Origin: Sphingobacteriales bacterium | GTDB taxonomy: Bacteria > Bacteroidota > Bacteroidia > Chitinophagales > UBA2359 | Assembly (NCBI GenBank): GCA_016700115.1 | Contig: CP064999.1 | Coordinates: forward strand, 1,346,865 to 1,410,864 | DNA: 64,000 bases | Reading direction: 5' to 3' | Shown here: positions 37,844-47,443 of the stretch, piece by piece | How positions within the stretch are numbered: position 1 is the first letter of the stretch | Layout of the letters: each line of letters opens with the position of its first letter | Position numbers and translations under genes: made by a program | The notes under the pieces: model-generated | What the model saw: the letters and a program-made list of their open reading frames with translations, nothing else | Databases searched by the model: none | What the model was told of the DNA's origin: nothing

Positions 37844-40800
37844 TCAAAATTTATCAAGTAAGGTTTCTACAACGGAAGGTAGGAGTCTGAATGAAAGCTT
37901 GTGTTGCCTAAACTTTTTTGCATTACTCACCTCTGTAAAATGCTTAATGGCTTTTTCCTCAATTTCTGTTTCTAACATGATCAGTTTTTCTTTCCAGGTA
38001 GGTTTCCATTCATCATACCAATGCTTCAAACCCAAATCTAACAGACTGATGCGAATAATGTAGTAATGGATATTGGGGTTATTATTAATGTAGTTGAGTT
38101 GAGACGTTTTTACATAAAACGGAACGGTATCTGCTCCTTCTTTTATAGATTTAATAGTGGTTTTAACATCAAAATAGAATGTTCGCTCAGTATAGTCGAA
38201 TAAAATATCATATTCAGGAGTACTTTTTGCTGTATATTCTACCTTAGCCCCTGGATATTGATTTTTTAAATAGGTATATACCAACATTTCTCCAATATAC
38301 CCAATTAAACCATTAGGGGTTGAACGGTCTTCTTTTTCTAAGTATTTCATGATTTCATCCAGGTTTTCATATATTTTTTTCAGCATTTCATCGGATTTGA
38401 TATTTTCCAATAAGCTTTGTGCAGTTTTTTTATCCATGTTTGGTGGAACATCAATATCTCCTTTTCCTATATTGGTGCCAATACCTATACTAGGTATAGT
38501 AGAAGTTTCACCGCTACCTGTAACAATAACAGGATTAGGGGAGTTAGTTTCATCTTGGGGTTTGTAAAACCTGCGTACTAATTTAACCAATACATTTCCA
38601 TCATTGGGGAATAAATCGGTTTCTTTGTCCATTAAAAATTTCACAACATCTTCTTGATGTGGATAGATATAAATATTGTACAGGTCTTTACCGTTTAATC
38701 GTTGGGCATTCCCTTTGTTGTGTACCTGCTCGTATAAAATGGAACTGCCAGCTTGCAAGATGTAGGTAAATGGTATTTCGTTGGTGCTAATGTATATATG
38801 GTAGTCTTTGGCATCTTCTTCTTTCCACTTTTGGTAATGGTGGTTTTCCCACTCATTTTTTTCTGCTTCCTTTTCGGCAAAACTGGTGTTTAGAGTAAGC
38901 TTAGTGCCTAAATGGACTTTTATGTTGTTGGTATAACTGTAGTAGGTGGCATCAATTATAGCATATTGCTTTCGGGCCTTGTCAAGGGCTTCTATCCATA
39001 TCTTTTCGGGGTGGTCAACAAGTTTTTCGTCTATATAAGCAGGGTTTTTGCTTGTATTTCGGAGGTAGATTGTAAGTATTGAAAGACTATCTGGCTTATC
39101 GAGATACATAGCCAATTGGTAATCATTTCCCTTCCTTGTAATATAGTCGGCAAGAAGTTTTTGTAGGGTGTAATAACGATAGCTGTTTCGCTCTATGTTG
39201 TTGTGCCAATCTTGTCGGCTTGACCAAAGCAGGGTATTATCGGCAAAATAGGAGATTGCTTTAAGTTGATTTAAATGAGTTTCATCAGTGTGGTCATTAT
39301 CGCGCAAATGTCGGCGTATGGTTAGTATAACAGATGAAGCAGTATGCAAACCTGCTTGTATTAAAAAGTTGCTTTTATCGTCAATTTTTCCTTCTTTAAG
39401 CCATGTTCTTATATTATCAGGTACTTTTTCGATTTCTAACAATAGTGCTGTATCTGGAGTTTCAATGCAAAGGCGGGGATTGAACCATGTATTAGGCAAT
39501 GGATAATCTGGATAAAATGACAGTTTTTTCTCAAAAACATTGCTCAATACCATTATTTCATTGAGATGAGAAAATTTTTCGATGGAGGGTTTATATGCAT
39601 CTTGGCTTAGCTGTCCACTTAAGCTCTGTGTGTAAGCCCAAATAAAACAAACTTGTTCGCTGTTTGTATAGGTTATAACAGTTTTAAGTTGGTTAGCTAT
39701 TTGGTTTATCGGAAATTTTCTGGTTTCGAATAGCTTATTGTAACGATCGTAGCCTACTCCAGCAGTACTCAACATTTTTTTAACTTTTTCCACAGTTTCA
39801 CCCTCCTCCTGATATTCCGGCAACAAAAGCGAAAGTTTAAACTGTGCGCTTTGTCCTTGAGCATGTTCTACGTACACATTGTTATTATAGATATAGTGCG
39901 ATAAGGGTTTCCCATCAATACGTATTTTTTCTCTGAACTGCTCTACCCAATTATCCTGCGAGAAATGGGAAATAACTTTTGCAGTGAGTACAGGTATGGT
40001 GGTTTGGGATGAGGATATTTCTATGTTTTCTAACCTGCTCAGGTATAATTCCTGAATATCATGGCTCCTTTTTATAATTACTTCAATAAAATCATGAGGC
40101 GCTCCATAAGTATTGATTAGGTCTCTGGCAAAATTGTCATCTTCACGAAGCAGTTGGTCATCGTGCTCATAAATTGGAAGTAATTCTTTTGGCAACAGGT
40201 AGTATTTGGGAGTAATGTTTCCACCTAATTGTTTGTGGAGATAGCTGTTCAACGGCTGATTTTGTGAGTGGTATTGTTTGTTTTTTCCTCGCGAGCTGAT
40301 GGTATATTCTTCATCGGGATTGGGCTGTAAAATGAAAGCACTTAGGAAGCTACTGCCAGATTGGATTTTGTCCAATATCTTGAGTTGAGTGAGTGAAACA
40401 GTAAAACTGTTTACCGTCCAATGGTCAATTATGTCAGCATTTTTTATGTGTAGCAATTCGGCAAACCCGATGCCGGCAAGCAGGGTTATATCAGTAAATT
40501 GGCAAACCTGTAAATCGGTACAGATCTGAATAAAATCGCTCAAATCAGCAAATTCAGATTCTGTAAGCCGAGACATTAACGGATTAAAATATACCTCCCC
40601 CATCGGATGGATTTGCCTGTCTTGGCAACGAATCCATGAGTAATCATTGGGTATAGAGGTTTCATTGGCATTTCGTGCTTTTGCAGTTTGATGCAGTTTG
40701 TTCAAATCGGTTATAACTTTTTCATAACATTGGGTGAAACGAGGCAACACCTGCACGTTCCAGTCTTGCAACAGGTTCTGCCATATTTCGTGGGGTTGCA

Positions 40801-42901
40801 TTAGAAGGCTGTCTAACTCGGGTATATCTTCGGAGGCTTTGAGGCTGTAATTTTCCAGAATACCGCTTGGGGCAATACCGGCACTGTTTTTGATTAGTTT
40901 GGATAAAGGTCTTTTCTGTTCGGAACAATTTTCAAACAACACTAATTTTGTGCGCAAATGAGGCTTGGCTTCCTGTATGTACAATAAAGTTTTGAGGATT
41001 TGGTGCTTGCTATTTCGGGTAAAATTTTTGTCGGGTAAAGAAAGAATATCGCCCAAAAACCATTCATAGTATTTATCAAGTAATTGAAAAAGTTGGTGTA
41101 AATGAGTGGCGTGGAATAGCTCAGCACCGCCATGCACAATGCCAGCTTGGTCTAATACTAAAGCCAGCTTTACAAAAGGCGGGTACAGAAAAACGATAGT
41201 TTCGTGATTTAAAATTTCATCAGGTGTTAATATACTATTATCAGTACAACGAATAAAGGGAAGGTTTTGAATCTTGGGATATTCTTTAGCTTTTTTTTGT
41301 ATTTCCTTTAACAAACTAACATATTCCTTATCAGACAGGGAAAGTAACCATTTTTCTAATCTATTGCGTTCGGCTTTGTTGAGTAATTTTAGTATAGAAA
41401 TGCGTTTAACTTTCAAATGCTCTTCAACTAAATCATAGTAATCTTCCAATGAGGGGTCTAACCAATCCCAATCGGTAATTCCTAATTTTTTGGGTGATAC
41501 TGTAAAAGGAGTATCATTTATACGCGTGTCGTCAGATTTGTCAGCATATCCTTTACTCGTGAGTAAGTTGCAGTTAAGTGTTTGTATCAGGTTTTCAAAA
41601 AAGAGTATGCGTATTTCGTTACCTTTCGGCAAATTAGACGTAACTGTTGCCAATAAGCATTTGGTAAAGGAAAGTAGTTCATCTCTTTGGTTGTTTTTGC
41701 GAAGATTTACAATGTATTCTTGAATACCTTTGCTGATTTCTAGTAGTGCTTTTTTGCTTTGAGGACGGTCTAACTGAATATCTTGACGTGCAGAATCAAT
41801 TTCGTAGGCAGCCGAATGGATAATAAACTTTAGCCCGAAATTAGTTTTTGTAATAGGGAAGAATTGGTAAAAGTTGTAAAGTTGTTGTTGGTTGTTAAGT
41901 GGGTTGTTGAGGTATAAAAGGCGGGTGAGGCAATCTCGTCCATCTCTTTTTACAAAGGGCAGCCCGTTTGCTTCTAAAAAATCTGGCTTTTCAATCTGTT
42001 TGCCATTAATAAAAACTCGTTTTAAATTTTTCAAAAACGCCAAAGAAGAAGCAATACCGATTTGTAGGTTGCCCTCTTCTAAGAGTTGATTAAGTGATTT
42101 GGCATGGCCTTGACCTAAAGGTAGATATAATAAAGTGCCGTTCTGAAAACTAAAGCCGTTAAAATGTTTCCCTCGTTCATTCAAAAAAGTTACACAGTTT
42201 TGTAGTTCTTTCTTTGAAAACAACACAATATTGTTGCCAGCAATAGTACTTCTACTTTCTTCCAAAGTTGCCGGATAGTAAGTGAAAATAGTTTTGGTTA
42301 ATAAGGGAGCATTGCTATTGCAATCTTCGGTAAAGCTTATTTTTTCGCCTCCCCAATTTTTAAATACTTCCCATTTGTTTAAATCGGACCATGAAAATAA
42401 AATGGGCGCTTTGTTTTCGTCAATAATGGCAATTTGTAACTCTTTTTCAGTTGTCTTTATTTCCTCTTTTTGTATTTTTTCCAAGGGTATTAAAAGGTCA
42501 TACATCAGTTTTGAACCTTGGCCATACTTGCCTATACTTTCAGGGTCCTCGTATTTTTCGCTTTTGTTTTTGGCAAGAAAATTTAGCAGCTGCCCTTTGC
42601 GTTCTTTGCTACCAAAGGTATCGGTATAAAAAGGCCTGCCATTGTTGATAACTGCCATTTGGTCTTTATCAAAAACAAAATATATTCTATCGGCTTCTGA
42701 ATCATCAGCATTTTGCAAAAATTCAAAGAAAATCTGTGCATTGGTTTTTATTGCAAAATTAGAAATTGTGCCCACTAATTGATCGACATTAGCCTCTACT
42801 CCGTATAGCTCTTTTAACCACTTATCTTCCGCAGATCCTAATTTATCCGGTAGATATGAGATATAAGATTTCAGATATTGTTCAATATTGCGTACTTTCA
42901 T
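37844..42901 (-). CDS. 1685-aa sacsin/NOV-like protein: N-terminal GHKL (HATPase_c_3-like) ATPase, C-terminal DUF3883-like (PD-(D/E)xK-like) domain; candidate effector of a Zorya-like system
   Basis: Bergerat-fold motifs are present: EFLQNADDSEA (N-box), VINNGRPF (G1) and GKYGQGSKLMY (G2). The C-terminus GYIGEMLVYTYLKNQY...EYDILFDYTERTFYFDVKTTIKS resembles DUF3883. It is the last gene of a tight three-gene operon with low GC. Confidence 0.65.
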   Translation of the reverse strand: MKVRNIEQYLKSYISYLPDKLGSAEDKWLKELYGVEANVDQLVGTISNFAIKTNAQIFFEFLQNADDSEADRIYFVFDKDQMAVINNGRPFYTDTFGSKERKGQLLNFLAKNKSEKYEDPESIGKYGQGSKLMYDLLIPLEKIQKEEIKTTEKELQIAIIDENKAPILFSWSDLNKWEVFKNWGGEKISFTEDCNSNAPLLTKTIFTYYPATLEESRSTIAGNNIVLFSKKELQNCVTFLNERGKHFNGFSFQNGTLLYLPLGQGHAKSLNQLLEEGNLQIGIASSLAFLKNLKRVFINGKQIEKPDFLEANGLPFVKRDGRDCLTRLLYLNNPLNNQQQLYNFYQFFPITKTNFGLKFIIHSAAYEIDSARQDIQLDRPQSKKALLEISKGIQEYIVNLRKNNQRDELLSFTKCLLATVTSNLPKGNEIRILFFENLIQTLNCNLLTSKGYADKSDDTRINDTPFTVSPKKLGITDWDWLDPSLEDYYDLVEEHLKVKRISILKLLNKAERNRLEKWLLSLSDKEYVSLLKEIQKKAKEYPKIQNLPFIRCTDNSILTPDEILNHETIVFLYPPFVKLALVLDQAGIVHGGAELFHATHLHQLFQLLDKYYEWFLGDILSLPDKNFTRNSKHQILKTLLYIQEAKPHLRTKLVLFENCSEQKRPLSKLIKNSAGIAPSGILENYSLKASEDIPELDSLLMQPHEIWQNLLQDWNVQVLPRFTQCYEKVITDLNKLHQTAKARNANETSIPNDYSWIRCQDRQIHPMGEVYFNPLMSRLTESEFADLSDFIQICTDLQVCQFTDITLLAGIGFAELLHIKNADIIDHWTVNSFTVSLTQLKILDKIQSGSSFLSAFILQPNPDEEYTISSRGKNKQYHSQNQPLNSYLHKQLGGNITPKYYLLPKELLPIYEHDDQLLREDDNFARDLINTYGAPHDFIEVIIKRSHDIQELYLSRLENIEISSSQTTIPVLTAKVISHFSQDNWVEQFREKIRIDGKPLSHYIYNNNVYVEHAQGQSAQFKLSLLLPEYQEEGETVEKVKKMLSTAGVGYDRYNKLFETRKFPINQIANQLKTVITYTNSEQVCFIWAYTQSLSGQLSQDAYKPSIEKFSHLNEIMVLSNVFEKKLSFYPDYPLPNTWFNPRLCIETPDTALLLEIEKVPDNIRTWLKEGKIDDKSNFLIQAGLHTASSVILTIRRHLRDNDHTDETHLNQLKAISYFADNTLLWSSRQDWHNNIERNSYRYYTLQKLLADYITRKGNDYQLAMYLDKPDSLSILTIYLRNTSKNPAYIDEKLVDHPEKIWIEALDKARKQYAIIDATYYSYTNNIKVHLGTKLTLNTSFAEKEAEKNEWENHHYQKWKEEDAKDYHIYISTNEIPFTYILQAGSSILYEQVHNKGNAQRLNGKDLYNIYIYPHQEDVVKFLMDKETDLFPNDGNVLVKLVRRFYKPQDETNSPNPVIVTGSGETSTIPSIGIGTNIGKGDIDVPPNMDKKTAQSLLENIKSDEMLKKIYENLDEIMKYLEKEDRSTPNGLIGYIGEMLVYTYLKNQYPGAKVEYTAKSTPEYDILFDYTERTFYFDVKTTIKSIKEGADTVPFYVKTSQLNYINNNPNIHYYIIRISLLDLGLKHWYDEWKPTWKEKLIMLETEIEEKAIKHFTEVSNAKKFRQHKLSFRLLPSVVETLLDKF

Positions 42902-42925
42902 AAAAAAGTATATTTATTAGAATAA

Positions 42926-43594
42926 TTACTTTTTGCGCAGAAGGATTCGAAACTCTACTCGCTTCGATTTGACTGTATCTGGCTTTGATTGTGTTAAGTT
43001 ACCTTTACTGTCTAACATACGTGAAAAAGAATATCCACAGGATATAGAATTCATCTTAATAAATTGCACAAAACTTTTACTAAAATTACCATCATTTTCT
43101 AACTTATTTATTATATATTTCTGCACCTCCAAAGCTCGATTACTAGATAGATTTAGGTTAAAAAGATAACTACCAACTTGGTTTGTATGACCCTCTATTC
43201 GTACTTCGCTGATTTCAAATTTAGCATCTTTTTGTTTGCTTTCTTTATAAAATTTTTGTAACTCGCCATAAAAGATTGGAATAAACACATCTATAGCTTT
43301 TAATATTTTGGGTTGGGGATTGGCATCACCGTCTAAAAACAAAGCACTTTTTACATTATCAGTGGCAAAACGTATGGTAGCATTGTCGGCTACGCTGACC
43401 ATACTTCGAATGCTTGATGATTCTAACTTGTTTTTAAATACAGTTGCCAATTCGTGATATTTCGCTTGTTCCAATTCCGTGTCTCGCTGAAACAGGGCTA
43501 AAGACACGACAATGAATATGACCATAAACCCCGAAAACAAATCGGCAAAACTTATCCAAACATTGTGTTCATCGGGTTGGTTGCGGGTAAACAT
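42926..43594 (-). CDS. MotB/ZorB-like protein: N-terminal TM helix with conserved Asp plus C-terminal OmpA-family peptidoglycan-binding domain
   Basis: WISFADLFSGFMVIFIVVSL matches the MotB plug/TM signature (W..yADlmT.lmaFF.V). EGHTNQVGSYLFNLNLSSNRALEV matches the OmpA motif (GHTD..G....N..LS..RA..V). Confidence 0.7.
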   Translation of the reverse strand: MFTRNQPDEHNVWISFADLFSGFMVIFIVVSLALFQRDTELEQAKYHELATVFKNKLESSSIRSMVSVADNATIRFATDNVKSALFLDGDANPQPKILKAIDVFIPIFYGELQKFYKESKQKDAKFEISEVRIEGHTNQVGSYLFNLNLSSNRALEVQKYIINKLENDGNFSKSFVQFIKMNSISCGYSFSRMLDSKGNLTQSKPDTVKSKRVEFRILLRKK

Positions 43595-43612
43595 GTTGTA
43601 GTAGGGTTTTTA

Positions 43613-44911
43613 TCATTGGTGGTTGGCAGATTGTTGAAGGGTGTGTAACAGACGGTCTATTTTATCGGTCATATTGGCAATGGCATTTGTGCGGTCTTGC
43701 ATTTGCTTCATTTCATCTTCCTGCAATCTCCAATTATCATACAACTGACGGGTATTTTCAAGCAATTCTTCTAATAAGGTAAATTGCTTTTGTAGCTGTT
43801 CTGTTATTGCTGAATTGCTATGACTAGCATTGCTATATTGGTCAACAGCATCTTTAAATTTTTGACTGCTTTCTTCTAATGCTGTTTGGGCACGTTGTTG
43901 TAATTCCGCTATTTTTTCAAATGTTTTACTCAGATTTTCTGTATTGTTTTTCAGGATTTCCCCTATTTTTTCCTGAATATTAGCATCTATAATGCCTAAT
44001 GTATTTTCTAAATTGGTGTAGCTATTTTTTAAATTGTTTATTTGGTTTTCAGAAGTAGTTTTAAATTCTGTAGCTATCTTTTCTTGGAGTTCCAGTGCTG
44101 CAATAGTATTATCTTTAATGCTGTCTCCAAATGTTTTGACAACTGCTTCTACCAGTTCTTTAGATTTTGTTAATTCTTCTGTCATATACACTCTCAAAGT
44201 AGTTGTTAGCTTTACAAACTCATCATTTATTGTCTTAGCTTGCTCTTTGGTTAGACTTAGAGTTTGATCACCCATAATTTTAATATATGCTTCAAGACTT
44301 ACTTTCAAATCATTAATCATTTCTCCCAATTGCTCCCGCATATATTCTCCGGCAGTAGTCATTACCCCTAATAGGTCTTTTAATTTTTGCAGTTGTTCGA
44401 AAGTTGTTTCCTTTATTGTATGACGAACAGACATTAACGCTTCATTTACATCATGACTAAAGTTGCGTAATAATCCATTGTCGGAAATTAATCTTTCTTT
44501 GACATCATGTATTAGCTCATTATTATTTTCTTGTAATTCTACCATATCCCACAAAAGTTGTTGTGGATTTTTTTTCATATACTCTTCATTCAATTCTATC
44601 TGCTCTTCCAAAGTAATCCGGTATTTAATTATGGAACTCCAAATAATACTCGCCAAAATGCCTATAAGAGAAAATAAAAATTTGTTTGACAATTGACGTA
44701 CAATTTCCGATAGATCTCCGCCGAGTTTAAAATCTTTCAGTACCCACCATAAGACCCCGAATGAAAAGAACACGCCTGTTGAAGTACAAAAAGTGGGAAT
44801 ATAACTAACAAGAGTACTCCTTATCGAATGCCTTTTGAAGACTAAATAATAAGGTACAGCAAAACATATAATTATAACAATAGGAGACAAAAACAAAGTG
44901 ATTAAATCCAT
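43613..44911 (-). CDS. membrane protein with 3 N-terminal TM helices and ~330-aa cytoplasmic coiled-coil tail (ZorA-like partner candidate)
   Basis: The hydrophobic segments span 5-25, 37-58 and 77-98, followed by an uninterrupted heptad-rich sequence. It lies 19 bp upstream of the MotB-like gene. Its topology differs from canonical MotA/ExbB. Confidence 0.6.
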   Translation of the reverse strand: MDLITLFLSPIVIIICFAVPYYLVFKRHSIRSTLVSYIPTFCTSTGVFFSFGVLWWVLKDFKLGGDLSEIVRQLSNKFLFSLIGILASIIWSSIIKYRITLEEQIELNEEYMKKNPQQLLWDMVELQENNNELIHDVKERLISDNGLLRNFSHDVNEALMSVRHTIKETTFEQLQKLKDLLGVMTTAGEYMREQLGEMINDLKVSLEAYIKIMGDQTLSLTKEQAKTINDEFVKLTTTLRVYMTEELTKSKELVEAVVKTFGDSIKDNTIAALELQEKIATEFKTTSENQINNLKNSYTNLENTLGIIDANIQEKIGEILKNNTENLSKTFEKIAELQQRAQTALEESSQKFKDAVDQYSNASHSNSAITEQLQKQFTLLEELLENTRQLYDNWRLQEDEMKQMQDRTNAIANMTDKIDRLLHTLQQSANHQ

Positions 44912-45194
44912 GCCAAAAATTTAATTTAGTTGTATCTATCAACTTTAAGTTAAAAAAATCTCACAAGATAACAAAAAGTACTTAACTTTATTTTGTTACT
45001 ATAAAAATAAAATGGCACAAGCCTCAATACTTAAGTATGCACAATTTAGAAAAACTAAACATAAAGCAATTTTTGATTAAATTAACCTGAATTATGATTA
45101 AGTGTAAAATGGTATTAGTGTTTTGTTTTTATTGTAAATTGAAGTGATTTTTAGATTTTCCTTAGGAAGTGTTAAAATCACCTACTGACATTGA

Positions 45195-45480
45195 ACTATT
45201 GTTCCTCTGCATCAAACCATCTAACCTCTGCAATGAACCATCGCACCCTTGCATTGAACCAAATCGCCCCTGAATTGAACCGTTGCATCCCTGCAATGAA
45301 CCATTGCATCCCTGCAATGAACCGTTGTGCCTCGGCATTGAACCATTGCGACTATGTTTAGAGACGTTGTGCCCTTGCATTGAACCATATCGCCCCTGCA
45401 AAGAACTATTGCGCCTCTGCATTGACTGATTGCACCTCTGCAATGAACCAATGTACCCCTGCAATAAACCATTGCACCCC
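45195..45480. repeat. degenerate 21-bp tandem repeat array (~13 units), each unit containing the palindrome TGCAATG-AAC-CATTGCA
   Basis: CCCTGCAATGAACCATTGCAT units lie head-to-tail. The two overlapping ORFs on the minus strand (45162..45464 and 45221..45472) are translation artefacts of the 7-aa periodicity. Confidence 0.85.
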
Positions 45481-45910
45481 TTGTTTTTTGCCCCGAACAG
45501 CGTTTAAATGGGGTAATCAGGCAACTTTTTGTTCATCACGTTCGCAAGTTAAAGGCGGGCAAACAGACGGTAACCAAAAATCCGGTTAATGCAAATTACC
45601 CTGTTATACCTAACCCTAAACAACACAAAATACCCGGATAAATACTTTTTGGAAATAACAACACTTCCAATTCAGATATATGGCAGGTCGGTCATTGGCT
45701 TCATATTGCCGACAACCAACAGTCTGTTTGTTCTTAAAACCTGACCTGAATAGCTCGCCTTCTTGCCTGATAGCAGCAGAAAAAGTAAACCGCCGGGTAA
45801 TTTTACAAAACCGGCAGTTTCAAAAAATTTATCCGGCATTGTAATCCTGCCGTTTGTTTTTTTGCGATGAGTGTGGGTACAGGGGATATTTCCCACCCGT
45901 TAATTTAAAA

Positions 45911-47443
45911 CTATTCCCCTTCTTTATCAAAATTGTACAAACCTTCACCGTCCGAAAATTCTTCGGAGTTTTTGGGAGTAACCTCTTTTTGTTCCTCAAA
46001 CAACTCCATATCACTTTCCTCGATAGGGCTGTAAAAATGATGATGGTTATCGGAAACGCTGTGATGGGCAGGGGTTCCGTCAGAAGGGGGTGTTTCCGAT
46101 TCGGAATTTTCGGAAATATCCTGAGTTTCTGTTTTGTCTTCAACGGTAGTTGTTTCTTCAGATACCTGTTCGGCATTATCTCCGGCAATGGTTTCTTCGT
46201 TGCCCGATTCCTGAGTTGTTGCTATGTCAGGGGCAGGCATGCTGTTCGCGTTTTCCTCATTTTCAAAGTCTTCAAGCACCGGCACAACCGGATTTTCTGA
46301 CGAAGAAACGGCTTCTTTGCTCTCGTCTTTGTTTTGCTTTACCGGCTTTTTGTTTTTTTGGTGATGTTTGTTGCCTTCGGGTTGTTTTACCGGTTCCGGC
46401 TTTTCTTTTTCTTTTGGTTGGACTTTCTCCAATTTTTTCTGTTCCTGCTGCAATTGTCTGTTCAGGTCGTTCAACACCTCCTGCATTTCTTTCAGTTTAG
46501 CTTCATTCGCCTCTAATTGGGTGGTAATCATTTTAATTTTGGCTTCCCGAAGTTGCGCTTCTAATTTGCCATCGGTAGTTTTGAGGCGGTTATGCTGAAA
46601 CTGTAGGTCGTTTCTGTCGTCTCTGATTGTTTTTTCGCTTCTCGCAATAATATCTTTCACCCCTCTAATCCGGTGTTCAATCCGGCGGAGGTTGCCTTTT
46701 TGCCTTTCTTCTTTCACTAAGGTAAAGGCATCATTAAACAGCACCCTCAGTTGTTCGCGTAAAGCTCCGGCAAGTCTTAGCCGGTTGGATTCATCCTGCA
46801 ATCCCTTTAGTTTATCAAAAATGACATTCAGGTTTTGGTTCGGTGAAACAGATTCCATGATTTTCTGAATCCGGGCTTGTATGGTTTCGACGGCTTGTCT
46901 GGCCTCGTGGTTGGCTTCTTTGCGCAGGGATTTCAATATATCAAACGCCTCGTTTATCTTGTCGCGCAACCACCCTGTATGTTCGCGGGTCAGGTCTTTT
47001 TCCTGAAAATAGTTGTTCACCTTGTCCCAAAAGGCTTTGGTGAGTTGCCACATTTCGTTGTCGTATTCGGTCAGAGATTTTACCTGTTCTACAAGCCCGT
47101 CAATTTCCTTGGTCAGTTTCTGGGATAATTTGTTCGACAAAACCCTTACCCGCCATTGGGTTTCGGCAAGTTTGACCAAATCGGTGTTCCGGGTTTTAAC
47201 CTCGTCCGGCAGCAGGTTTTCTTCCATCACCGAGCGTTCGATATAGGTGTGGTTTTCGGGCAGTTGTGTCAAATCAATCTGATCCGTGTTTTCCAATGCC
47301 TTTTTCTCAAACTCGTCTGTGATGGTTTCTTTGGGAAGTGTCCATACATCTATAATATCATCGGCAAGCCGAAGACGGACAATCACCAAACATTCTGCAT
47401 CATTTTCGTTTGCGCCCCAAAAGGCTATTTTATCCTTAATCAT
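45911..47443 (-). CDS. hypothetical coiled-coil protein with acidic C-terminal tail
   Basis: 510-aa ORF with extended heptad regions and a Glu/Asp/Ser-rich C-terminus. No motif was recognised. Confidence 0.5.
   Translation of the reverse strand: MIKDKIAFWGANENDAECLVIVRLRLADDIIDVWTLPKETITDEFEKKALENTDQIDLTQLPENHTYIERSVMEENLLPDEVKTRNTDLVKLAETQWRVRVLSNKLSQKLTKEIDGLVEQVKSLTEYDNEMWQLTKAFWDKVNNYFQEKDLTREHTGWLRDKINEAFDILKSLRKEANHEARQAVETIQARIQKIMESVSPNQNLNVIFDKLKGLQDESNRLRLAGALREQLRVLFNDAFTLVKEERQKGNLRRIEHRIRGVKDIIARSEKTIRDDRNDLQFQHNRLKTTDGKLEAQLREAKIKMITTQLEANEAKLKEMQEVLNDLNRQLQQEQKKLEKVQPKEKEKPEPVKQPEGNKHHQKNKKPVKQNKDESKEAVSSSENPVVPVLEDFENEENANSMPAPDIATTQESGNEETIAGDNAEQVSEETTTVEDKTETQDISENSESETPPSDGTPAHHSVSDNHHHFYSPIEESDMELFEEQKEVTPKNSEEFSDGEGLYNFDKEGE

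Noticed and set aside
43613-44911. Calling the 432-aa membrane protein a bona fide MotA/ExbB homolog
   Set aside because: The three TM segments are clustered at the N-terminus without the large cytoplasmic loop of MotA/TolQ/ExbB. The PTFCTSTGVFFSFG segment only weakly resembles the stator PxxGxxGTVxG motif. I kept it as 'ZorA-like candidate' rather than asserting homology.
45162-45472. Two overlapping minus-strand ORFs (100 and 83 aa) with GSLQGCN / CRGAMVH periodic translations
   Set aside because: They lie entirely within the 21-bp tandem repeat array. The amino-acid periodicity is a direct consequence of the DNA repeat in two frames, and there is no start context or signal. I treated this as a non-coding repeat.
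45195-45480. Possible CRISPR array (short palindromic repeats)
   Set aside because: The units are contiguous (21-bp period) with no unique spacers between them, and there are no cas genes nearby. It is a tandem repeat, not CRISPR. The same reasoning applies to the 130-bp tandem repeat at 50645..51010.
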